A stretch of DNA of 64,000 bases, taken from contig CAJINV010000015.1 of assembly GCA_905178155.1 (NCBI GenBank), forward strand, positions 519,309 to 583,308, written 5' to 3'. Positions 35,901-46,600 of this stretch are shown piece by piece. How positions within the stretch are numbered: the stretch's first letter is position 1; each line of letters opens with the position of its first letter. A program made the position numbers and the translations under genes. The notes beneath the pieces were generated by a model, which saw only the letters and a program-made list of their open reading frames with translations, made no database searches and was not told the origin of the DNA. This stretch comes from Amoebophrya sp. A120 (taxonomy: Eukaryota > Protista > Dinoflagellata).

Positions 35901-38900
35901 CCAAATTTGTCATGCGAAACAAGCAAAGTTGGCCGATATGTCTAGCAGATTTTCCATCTTGACTCTGGTGTGGCTACGTTTTTACTCAGGATAGCAGCGT
36001 GACGATCTTCAGGCCGTGGTCCCTGCGTTTCAACACCTTCGGCAATTGCTCGTACGCAACCTTCCGCGCGACTTCCAAATTTTCAACAATGATCGTGTTG
36101 GAGAGCATATGGAAAGAAAAAAGTTCGTCACATCGCCCCTACGTTGCAGGCTTTGCATCACAAATTTTCTAGCGTCGCAGCTTTCTACTTGTATTGCAGA
36201 AACAAGAGAAATCGCGTATGAAATTCGACTGCTGTGCATTTCCACGCATTACAGACAGTTTTGTATTGCAAGAATGCGCATGAGGGATCGTGACGAACTT
36301 TTCTTGTTCGATAGAGCAAATAATTGAACGCGGTCTGGAACGTGCTCCGACCAGCTCCGTTTGGACCTAGGGCAGACGAGCTGCTGTATGCATTGCAAAA
36401 GTATCGTACTCGTAGAAATGCATTACAAATTTTCTCAGACTCTGACTCAGCATGAGTAGAAATAAAATTTGTAATGCGGATTTACATTACGAAAAGGATT
36501 TGTAATGCATGATTGCAATTTACTACGAGTACGATACTTTTGCACAGCATATGCTGCCGCCTGGCACAACTTTGTATCCCCCTCCGATGGAGAGAATTTG
36601 CAGCGCGGGGACGACGTGCTTCTTCAAAAATGGGTCATCCTGCGTAAAAATGTCCATCCCCTATAGTCAAGATGGGAAATCGGCTAGACAAATCCACAAG
36701 TTTTGGCGCTGGTGCATGACAAGATTCGGGACGTACTATAGTCCTGCCTAGGTAGCCCGGACGCATCACAAATCCGCTCTATTATCGCGATTCCCGCATG
36801 ACAAATTGCCAAACTACACAGTTTGTGGAAAATGCCCGCCATGCGGGCCCGCATGACAGATGTTCTGAGCAAGCAGATTTGCATGACAACTCTGGGGTGG
36901 GGACGTTTTTCCTCACAATATGGGTCCTGCATGATTCGCGGGTCGAGCAGCGAGGCGTTGTCGCCCTTGTAGCCCCGCAGGTCCTATCCTGTGCAAAAGT
37001 ATCGTACTCGTACTGCAATCATGCATTACAAATCTTTTTCTTAAGGTAAATCAGCAACACAAATTTCTCATGCCGAGAAAATTTGTAATGCATTTATAAG
37101 AGTACGATACTTTTGCAATGCATAAGTCTTCCTTCCGGAGAGGGATAAACGTCATGGGCTCGAGGTGCTTTGCCTTCAAAAACATCACGCACTTCTTGCA
37201 GGTCGTGGCGGTATCGCACAAAATCGCGTCGAGGTAAAAGCCAATCGCCACATTCAAGGCAACCCGGTATTTCTTGTTCGTAGGCTTGCACAAGTCGCAA
37301 ATCCGGCCGAAAACTCCGGGAATGGTTTGCGTCATGTTCTATGAGAGTGCACAACTCGTCCCCCTCGTTCTCATCTCTCTTGTATGAAATCGCAAGTACT
37401 CGTCCAGTAGTTCTTGCCATATAAATGAGAGGGAGGGCCGCGGGTTGGAGTTGTGCTCTTTCATATCTCCTTGCTGACGTTGAAAAGGCGCTGCTCACGC
37501 TCCAGTTGCCGTTGAGAAATCGTGCCGGACTGAACTCCGTCGAGAATGGTGCGCTGATAAAGGTTTTTTCAACGGAAATAAAATGCTCTATTTGGTGGTC
37601 ATGCGCCGCAACCAGAACTGCTATTAGAAGTTGGTGGGCTGTGGTTGTAACATTTTGCAATATCATGCACTGGTAGACAGGTGGCTGCACGTTCGTTCTC
37701 AACCGATTATACCTTTTGGAAAAGTCATGTACTACTAGTAAAAAGCATGTGTTGTAGAAGACAACACCACTTCCAAGTCTATTTGATAGTACCTTCTCTT
37801 CATTCAGTGTGCGTTTTTCCTTTGCCCACTTCTCTTCCAGATTTTGTCTCACCGCCGATAGCTCCGTTTTCTTCTGCGCACTGCTTGCTTTCAGGTTCTC
37901 CAAGACCTCCATTTGTGACTCCACCTGCTCTGCGAACTGCACGATCTGGCTCTCGTTTGTCGTGAGCCGAGTATCGACAGGAAATATCTTCGTCCCGCAC
38001 ACGAAGTACAAATGCGTTTTCCGCATGACAAGGTTTTGCTTTTCCTGGAAGCCTCTTCAGCATGACAAGTTGCTTGTTCTAAGAAAGAAGTTGTTGAGAT
38101 TGGTGACGCATTTTGTTTTGTACATGTACAACGGGAAATAAAATTTGTATTGCATACCGAGATTTTAGATTCGCCAAATCGGCTTGCTTGCGCTGCAAGT
38201 GGTGCTGCTCGGAGGAGAGCTGGTACTCCAAATCTCGTATCCACTGCAAAAGTATCGTATTTAATCGTAGTAATCGCACTCATGCATTACAAATTTTTTT
38301 GTTAACGGTAAATCCGCATTACAAATTGAATTGCCAATGCTGAGAGAATTTGTCATGCGATTTCTACTAATAGATACGATAGCTTTTGTTTGCAATCCAT
38401 ATCTCGCTGCTCGTCAATCATGGCTAGCGGGATGGAAGACTCCGAATTTTTCATATGGGAGTGTCAGGATCGAAATGGACAAAATCGAAAAACTTGTGAT
38501 GCTTAAAATGTAGGGCACGCGCGGCCTGTATTGGGGAGCAGGCAAATGAGGCCGATTCTTGTAAGCCTGTTTAGGGGTATGCAATGCGCTGCCAGAGTAG
38601 CATAACAGGAGCAGTCTTCTTTGTACAAACAGCATGACAGGCTGAATTTTGGTGCTCCCGAAATTTGTCATGCGCGACTTAGAAACTGCGTTCGAACTGG
38701 AATCCATTTTATGCATGACAAATTATTTCGATTTTGTCATTTCGATTCTGGCACCTCCATATTTCACTGCCTGTTTGTATCGGTGTTCTTGCTCCGTGGA
38801 CTTGAAAGGAAGTTTGCAGCTTTCGATTTTCCGCTGAACCTTCTCCAGATGCTTTATGGATTGCAAAAGTGTCTGGGTCTGGAAGATTGCAGCTTGTGAT

Positions 38901-41900
38901 GCTGTCTTTGGATTCTAGTTCTACATGAAATCTGTATTGCATGAACTGCAAAAGTGGTCCAGTTTTCGCTACGCGGAGAGGGAATTTCTCATGCCGTATG
39001 GGCATCAGGAAGCATTTACAAAATCTGTGATGCTAGAGCATGCATCAGAGGAAGCATGGGTCATGCAAAACATGCATGACAGACGTTGCATTTTTCCAGA
39101 CCCAGACATTTTTGCAGTTGATATGCTTCTGCAAACTTCCGATATCCTGCTTCTTGTGGTCGCACTGCTTTTCGATCTCGTTTTTCTTCTTCTCGCAATG
39201 CTCTAACTGCTGCTTGCGGTCTTGCAGCTGCCGCTCTAGTTGCCCTTTCTCCGTCCGGAGTTTCTTGTGATTCTCGGTTAGGAACTATGCAATACAAATA
39301 ATTTCCCGCCCACGTTCATCTACAAAATGCATTTTTTACAACATCGCCCACTACTTAGTAGAGAAGCATGCCATTTGTCACACTGAAGGGGATTGAAAAT
39401 GAAAATTCTTGACATGCAGCCGACGCATCTCCATGCCGTGTACGGGAAAAATAAATTCTTTATGGATATCAACAGGTCGGAAAACGCTGCTGCACTCGCC
39501 TGGTCGTTTGCCCCCGTGGTTCCGAAAAGATGGCCGTGCGCCGGCACGCCCGCACTTGTCTTCGTCAGCTTTTGAATCTGCAGGCTTAGTTGGTTCACTT
39601 GCTCTTCCTTCTGTTTGCAGGATTTCAGTTCTTCCTTGTACGCACTCTCCGCTTCCTTTTTCGTGGCTTTCAGCTCTCCAAACTTTTGCTTTTCCTTGGT
39701 TAGTATGCGATGCAAAAATACTATCGTATTCGTATAAATGCATTACAAATTTCTCAGCATGAGAAATGAAATCTGTAATGCTGATTTACCTTAAGAAAAA
39801 GATTTGTAATGCATGATTGCAATATGAGTACGATATTTTTGCACAGGATAATTAGAGAGACCTCGATCGTGTTCATCCTGTAGAGGTAAAATTCTTTATC
39901 AACTGTAAAAATGTCTGGGTCTGGAAGAATGCAACTTGTGATGCTGTGTTTCGATGTCTAAAAAATTTGTGTTGCATGAGCAGCAAAAGGAATCTAATTT
40001 TTGCTACGCGGAGAGGGCATTTGTCATGCGGAATGGGCATCAAGAATCCCTCAAAAAACCTGTGATGCTAGGGCATACATTACAGGCATCATGGGTCATG
40101 AGAACTATGCATGACAAATCTTGCATTCTTCCAGACCCAGACATTTTTACAATCCATATTCTTTCAACAACAACGATCTTTCCTCGTTTAATTGCCGGTA
40201 CTTTTCCGCCTCCTGCTTTTGAAACTCGACCTGTTTCTTCTCCGTGATCACTTGTCGCTTCTTATCACAGCCAAAAGTGTTAACGTTAACGAAATTTGTG
40301 ATGCAGTAAATCATCACAAAACGTGCCCATGTTTGTCATGCATAGCATGCATACTAGGCAAAACCTGTCATGCATATCTGCAACCTATGAAAACCGTTAA
40401 CGTTAACACTTTTTTGTTGGATACTTCTTGCTGAAGAGCAGCCGGAGCTTTTCCTCCGAGTTTTTCTTTTCCTTCTCCAGCGCTTCACATTCCTTCTGGT
40501 ACAGGTCCGACCCGCATATTCGCTCGAAGAACCGCGTCAGCTCCATGCCCTGCCGGTTGGCCAGGGATTCGACGTCCCCTTGGAAGACCAGGAAGCTTTA
40601 TCCTGAGCAAAAAGGTCCCCGCCCTCTAGTCAAGATGGGAAATCTGCTAGACAAATCAGTCAGCTTTGGTTGTTGCGCATGCCAAGTCTGACCTCGTAGC
40701 GTGATCCTTTTTAGCGTCTTGTTCAGCAGCATCACAGATCTGGTCTATCACGCTGATTGGAGCATTACAAATTATTCCAAAATACGGCCAGAAAATTCTT
40801 GTCGTGGTGTTCCGGCGCATGAGCAACGTTCTGAGCATGCAGATTTGCATTACAACCGTGGAACGGGGACGTTTTTCCACAGGATAAGTTTCTCGCCTTC
40901 GTCAGGATTTTGATCTTCTCCAAAACTTTCTGGTAAAATTCCGTCGTGACCTATCCCGTGCAAAAGTTTCGCACTCGTATAAATGCAAGTCTTGCAAATT
41001 TTTTTCTTATCGTAAATCCGCATTACAAATTTTATTTCTCATGCGGAGGAAACTTGTAATGCATTTATACGAGTACGATAATTTTGCAATTCATATGACC
41101 GGCTTTTTGTTGATTTTGTAGGTTGAATCCCCCGTCCGACCGTTGATGTAGCGCCCGAACAGGAGGGGGTGGTAGGATCGAGTGAGAGTAGACGAAGATG
41201 AGGTAGTCTGCTGCTGCATATTAAGTGGCTGCGGTGCTGAGGAAGATGAGGAGGAAGAACTACCCGCCGCTACGCCCGGCCCGGCTGCAACTGGATTCGA
41301 CCCCGCGAGGACCAACTCCCCACTTGACGACGAGGAGTTCGTCGCGTAACTGTTTTCCGCAAGCACGATCCCGGCTCGCTGCAGCATTTGGTGGAGCTTC
41401 TCCGAACGGGTGAGCCGGATTTTGTGGTTTTTCTTCCCGGATCTACTGGCGCCGGCGCGGCGATTTTTTGTACTTGATTGATTCATTCCCTGCTTGGTCA
41501 TTTTGTTCCCCCGTTTCGATGGACCACCTCCAGGAGTCTTTTGGTCGAAGTTAGCGAGATCGTTGATGTTCTCTTCGTCCTCCCCAAAAACCTCATCCTC
41601 AAGGTCTAAATCGTTCAGCTGCAAGTTGTTGTTCCGCCCGCGTTTCAGGTTTTTCTTCTTGCCAGTCGTGGTTAGTGCTTTTTTGTTTCTCGTCAGTTTT
41701 CCGTCCTTGTTCCTCCCTGCACTCTTCTGGAGGTTCTCGTTTTGGTTTTTCATATCAGCATCAGTATTGTAGTCCTCCTCTTCATCCTCGCTGTTGTAGT
41801 CGTCTCCTTCTGATGAGGAAGAATCGTCAAACTCACTTTCCTCGTCGAAGTCTCCTAGTAATCCTGCTTGATGGTCAACTACATCAGTTGGATTTATCCC

Positions 41901-42459
41901 GCGATCCTTCTTCCCATCCAGCCAGAACTCCAGCTCCACACTCCCCTCCCGACCGTCTACCACTATCAAATGTAAAAATGTCTGGGTCTGGAAAAAAGAA
42001 GTGTTTGTCATGCATATTTAGCACGACCCCTGATGTCTCTGATGCATGCCCTAGCATCCCAGATTTGTTGCGGGCTTTGCGATGCCTGTCCAGCATGAGA
42101 AATACCCTCTCCGCGTAACAAAAAATGGACCTCTTTTGCTGGTCACGCAATACAGATTCTGTGTAGAATCCAAGGACAGCATCACAAGTTGCAACCTTCC
42201 AGAGGACCCAGACATTTTTGCATTTCATAACCACATCTGCGGGCTCATTTGGCTTCCGGTGCACCAGGTCCTTCAGCGAGTTTCCCCGCAAGTCCTTCGC
42301 CTGGATCCCGAGCACGAAGCCGAACGCATCCACCAAGTTGGATTTCCCGGACCCGTTGGGGCCAATCACACAGGTGAAGTCCAGGAAGGGGCCGATGTTG
42401 GTGGGCTTTTCGTAGGACTTGAAATTCGCCAACTTCAGCTGGTGGACGCGGCCGGACAT
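29958..42459 (-). CDS. SMC1: Cohesin subunit SMC1, 28 introner introns + 2 GT-AG introns (32718-32888, 37554-37792)
   Basis: NFKSY...IGPNGSGKSN (Walker A), KARN|FLVFQGDVE, hinge GVFGRICDLC and VTL|HGEMIKPNGNMT, RPNLKA, MAPSKRFRDMSLLSGGEKT, FLILDEVDAALD, IIVISLK; frame continuous after each removal. Confidence 0.95.
30709..30926. mobile_element. Introner family E (degenerate)
   Basis: TSD gccac/cccac. Confidence 0.8.
31099..31248. mobile_element. Introner family A
   Basis: TSD tgttg. Confidence 0.9.
31291..31399. mobile_element. Introner family B
   Basis: TSD ggtcc. Confidence 0.9.
31606..31844. mobile_element. Introner family H
   Basis: TSD aaccg. Confidence 0.9.
32098..32377. mobile_element. 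Introner family G
   Basis: TSD ctgct. Confidence 0.9.
32992..33152. mobile_element. Introner family B (degenerate)
   Basis: TSD agctc/aactc. Confidence 0.7.
33293..33477. mobile_element. Introner family A (degenerate)
   Basis: TSD ttttc/tcctc; frame restored. Confidence 0.7.
33597..33811. mobile_element. Introner family J
   Basis: TSD gcatt. Confidence 0.85.
33900..34008. mobile_element. Introner family B
   Basis: TSD ttgca. Confidence 0.9.
34592..35286. mobile_element. Introner family A with nested tandem-repeat insert
   Basis: TSD cagat/ccaat; frame restored. Confidence 0.75.
34690..35160 (+). repeat. ~128-bp tandem repeat, ~3.7 copies
   Basis: Unit ..CCGCAAAAA..GGCCCAC..GAGGAGCGATTCC(A/T)AGGCGGCAGA..GCCAGCGTC recurs near 34692, 34823, 34950, 35078. 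Confidence 0.9.
35375..35635. mobile_element. Introner family E
   Basis: TSD aactt. Confidence 0.9.
35714..35993. mobile_element. Introner family G
   Basis: TSD gcagc. Confidence 0.9.
36108..36313. mobile_element. Introner family D
   Basis: TSD gagca. Confidence 0.85.
36387..36551. mobile_element. Introner family A
   Basis: TSD tgctg. Confidence 0.9.
36636..36920. mobile_element. Introner family G
   Basis: TSD tgggt. Confidence 0.85.
36985..37124. mobile_element. Introner family A
   Basis: TSD ggtcc/agtct. Confidence 0.85.
37340..37465. mobile_element. Introner family H (short)
   Basis: TSD tgttc/tctcc. Confidence 0.8.
37972..38156. mobile_element. Introner family I
   Basis: TSD ccgag. 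Confidence 0.85.
38238..38401. mobile_element. Introner family A
   Basis: TSD tctcg. Confidence 0.85.
38454..38761. mobile_element. Introner family C
   Basis: TSD tttca. Confidence 0.9.
38855..39123. mobile_element. Introner family E
   Basis: TSD tgctt. Confidence 0.9.
39286..39468. mobile_element. Introner family I (degenerate)
   Basis: TSD ggaac/tcaac; frame restored. Confidence 0.7.
39704..39850. mobile_element. Introner family A
   Basis: TSD gttag/attag. Confidence 0.85.
39897..40158. mobile_element. Introner family E
   Basis: TSD ttctt. Confidence 0.9.
40263..40423. mobile_element. Introner family F
   Basis: TSD cttct. Confidence 0.9.
40599..40886. mobile_element. Introner family G
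   Basis: TSD agctt/agttt; restores KARNFLVFQG. Confidence 0.9.
40952..41095. mobile_element. Introner family A
   Basis: TSD tgacc. Confidence 0.9.
41964..42229. mobile_element. Introner family E
   Basis: TSD accac. Confidence 0.9.
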
Positions 42460-43637
42460 GGTTTTTTTTTTTTGTGCTTTGATCAAAAAAATAAAAATTT
42501 GCTCTTTGTCAAGTATAATTTTGGTTCATGGTATACTGTACCTACTTGGTTTTGACACGCGCTAAAGAAAATTGCTAGTGTTTTTCAACGAATTTTTGAG
42601 CACACGATTTTTTCGGTCAGCTTCTCGTTGCTGAAAAGCAAAAAATACTTTCGTGTTTTAACAACTTCTCGCTCGGTGTCGACCTCTTTTTAACCTCAAG
42701 GTTGCATCTGTACAACCACTTTCACACGCGTTTTTGCTTTGCTGTTGCTCGCTGATGTCCGCCTACTTTTATTCGTTCATCTCAATGAAAATAGCCATAG
42801 AAGCCGTAGCCAAACTAGTACTAGCTCAAGAACATCAACTTCAACCCACACATGGAAGATGAAGTGGCCTTCTTCACCTGCCCATGATTACACAGTGCAA
42901 TCACGACAGCATTCGACAACTTTGCGTTTGGAAAAGTAAGTGAATGCACCTGCACAGCTTTGCGCACAACTTCTTATCATAATGCTGTGGTGTCGAAGTT
43001 GTCCCTCCTGTAGTCCATCTCATGATGTAACTGTATTCACACAACACCAGTTGTCTTGGAATTCACAGAATACAGAGACTGGCAAGAAATTCGCAGTTAG
43101 ATGGTATTCGTCAAGTCGTGGCAGCTCAAGACTGCCCCGCACTGAAAACTCCCGAGCTACGCGCTGTTGTGTGGAGATTCTCAAGCTGTATGATGCACAA
43201 CACGGGGCGAAATTTGCATGGTCAGCAACTACGAGCCGCCGTTTCATAGCGCCTGAAGTGCGGGTGAAGCAGACGGGTCATGCTGTTGATGCGGCGTCAA
43301 TCTACTTTTTACCCTTGAGCTGAATGGATATGAAGTCTTGTTCGACCGGTAAACTATTAATTATTCTATGTTCGTCTACTAGGACTTCTTGTCACGTCTT
43401 CTTCTTCTGAAAACATAGAACTTGCACATCCCCGCCGGATTGCTTGTATCAACGGAAAGACATCAACCCCTCCCCCTGTTGGCGAGCGGCCAAGGCAACA
43501 ATGCGACAGCATCATGAGCAGCAGGCGTTTAATTAGAAAAACGCATAGAGATAGAGCACCGTCATGCGTGTGCCACACAATGCATTCCAAGGACTGGAGT
43601 CAACGGACAAGCATGCGCATGGCTTATGTTGCCGAGG

Positions 43638-46600
43638 CTATTCTTGTATGAGCTTTTGTTTTTCGATTTTTGCATGCATCTTATAGTGCAACTTTCGATC
43701 GCACCTGGCCCTCTCATCTCCGGGGGATGTTGAATTTTGCACGAGTCGATAGATGCCGCTTTCCCGATAGAACTCGAAATCCCGACTAAACGTGGCATTG
43801 ATATATTCCAGGTCCTATCAACTGCAAAAGTATTGCACTCATACATCAACATAAAAATCGCAGTATCGCATTACAGACTGGATGGCTACCTTACCCAAAA
43901 CTATGGTACAAAAGCCAGAGCCAGTTTCACTCTGATAAAAGATTGCCAACGTGCAATTTTATTTGCGTGGAAGTGCGATGGATTTGCGCTAGATAGGTCC
44001 TTCCTATGCCGCACGTGCTGCCGCTCCAATCTGGGTAGGTTATCTGTGTCCTTGGTCTCGGCGTGCTTGAAGATGATGACAAACTGCTTGATATCACAGG
44101 AAAAAGTGTTAGTGTTAACGTTAACGATAATATCATATTAGTGATGCAGTAATGCATTGCAAAACAAGGCGAAGCGCAAATTTGTCATGCATAGCATGCA
44201 TTCTAGGCAAAGTTTGTCATGCGTATTTGCAATCAATCTAATAACTATAAGGGGAAGGCTTGGCAAAATTGCTGCTGAACCTTCAGAAGCTTTTTCTTCT
44301 GAAGGTCTTCTGAAGGTCCAAAATCATCACTGGAACCTTCAGAAGAAATGGAAAAAGCCTCTTTTTTTTGAGCGAGCATACCATCGGTTTAACCGTGAGC
44401 ATTTTTTTCTTCTGAAGGTCACACCTTCTGTAGGTTTTTTTTGAGCTTCAGAAGAAAAAAACGAAAAATCAGCCAAAAAACCTTCTGAAGGCTAAAAGTG
44501 ACCGCTTTCCAACTCTTCAGAAGGTTAAAAAGCTTCAGAAGACGGCATTTTTTTGACCTTCAGAAGAGTTTGCGACTTTTGCGACAAAAAAACGCTGTCA
44601 AGTATGCCAGTTTTGTCCAACCTCCAGAAGGTTGAAAACCTTCAGAAGGTTTTTCAAATCTGTCTCCAGTTCTGCAATTTTCTGTGCTCCGTTTTTGAAC
44701 TTCTTCAGAAGGTTTGATCTTCTGAAGACTGTCTTCTGTAGATTCTTCTGAAGAGTGAAAACCTTCTATAGGGTTTGGAGCCGATGACAAAAAACGACAA
44801 ACATGCGACTTTTGCATCAAAAAACGACTTTTGCATAAAAAAAAGCCGACGGCGCCTGCGGCTCCATTCTGTGTCGAGGCCTGTGCTGCTTTTTGCCTCT
44901 GGAAAGCAGTTTCTTCGGCCGTGGTGAATGCCCTGCCCTGGAGACGTCGGCCTTTTTTATCTTAATCTTTTTTGGTTCTTTTTGGCATTTGGGTACTACC
45001 TCGAGTGGTCAGTGAGCCCGGCCGCGGACGGCGTCGCCTATGACTACCTGTTGCCTGTTTTCACTGACCAAGCAGAAAGCGCCTGCAATGCACGCAATAA
45101 TTCCAAATTTGGGCCAGCAGCAATTCAAATCAGCCTTGCCCCACGACGCAGTCGTGGGGAGTGGTTCTTACTTACTATGAAAACCGTTAACAATGTACAC
45201 TTTTTTGTTTGATACTTGGCGGAGTTGAAGAGCTCGGCCATGTAGCTGTCGTATATGACGTCTTCTACCAGATGATAGACCACGTCCATTGAAATAGTGA
45301 TGTCAAAAGAAGGCGGGACTCCTTGTACTTCTTCTCTTCTGCGTTCATAATCGTCGTGCAGTTTGTCTTCTGTGTCTACCACGTCGACTTCTTCCCTGTG
45401 TGTGGTTATCTTTCTTCGTTTCCACTCCGAGTCGTGAAGGATCTCCAAACGATTTTCCTTCGCTGCTCTCTTCAACCGGTTCAGGGACGTAGCTTGTTCC
45501 TCTTCTGGCGCGGAGGAGCCGGGGGTGCTGGTGGTAGGAGTTGTTGCGGCTGGTCGCTCGGCCGTAAGAGACGTCGAGACGGCGGCAGCAGTAACTCTTG
45601 TTGCACTACCACCTCCTATCCCACCCGGCCACAGCTCCCGTTTCAGCTTCTTCACGACAAACTCGCTCACGTCCACACCGACATATTTTTCCAACCAGGA
45701 GGTGTAATTGGCTTGGTTCAGCTGGCATCCTGTGCAAAAATATCGCACTGGCACTAGGACGAGGAATCGCATGAGAAATTCCTTCACTACGACAAATGGA
45801 ATCAGCAACGCGGAGGCGAATTTCGATTTGCATGATTGCCACGAACTACAAAGCAGGGGTATGATACTTTTGCAATGCATAGCTGGTTGCCATCCCCCAC
45901 GCCAAGCTCCAGCACTCTCTTGATCGTTCTGGCGTTTCCCCCTCTAGTGTTCTCCTCCTGCATGCCGGCAGATTCGGTGCCCTTGCTGTGCTCCTCAAAA
46001 AACGAATTCAAAAACCCCGCTTTAAATTCCGCATCCTTCCCGTAGCTACCTTTCCCGGAATCCCCACCAGAGACGTACCGCGATTCCCAATACCGCCTGC
46101 TATACTCTGTCTTCCAGTTTTTCTCTTTCAGTGGTTGGTTCTCAAAAACGAGCAGAGACGGCAGAGACGTCGAGCGCAGCGACTGCGTGTAGAATAAGGA
46201 TATCGGCGATAGGTGGTGCTGCAGCACCCAGCAGTCCCCCTCGGTGGAGGTTGTCCCGGGACAGACGTCGCCGTGCTTGACCGCGTCTTTGACGGCTTCA
46301 ACCACCTTTATGAAAGCCTCAGGTTGAATAAAATCCCCACAGTGGAAATAATTTGTGATGCAAAAAAACGACTCCAGTTGAAGCGGCGTTTGTCTTCGGC
46401 GCATGACAAATTTCCCCGGCACTTAAAGCATGTCTGTCATGCAGGTGTTGGCAAAGGAGTGCCCTTCTCTCCTGCTAAGCAGCTCTCCAATTCTTCACCC
46501 CTAGTAGGAAAATAGTCGGCCTCCATTGCGTCCCCTGCAATTACAGTCTTCTTTGCGTCGCATTGCATGCATCACAAATTATTTCCACTTTCAGGATTTC

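Noticed and set aside
776-37800. Stop-codon reassignment to explain in-frame stops at ORF ends
   Set aside because: The stops I examined fall inside introners or introns once spliced
42560-43600. Possible transposase between SMC1 and the methyltransferase gene
   Set aside because: Only short ORFs, no DDE, RT or Rep motif seen
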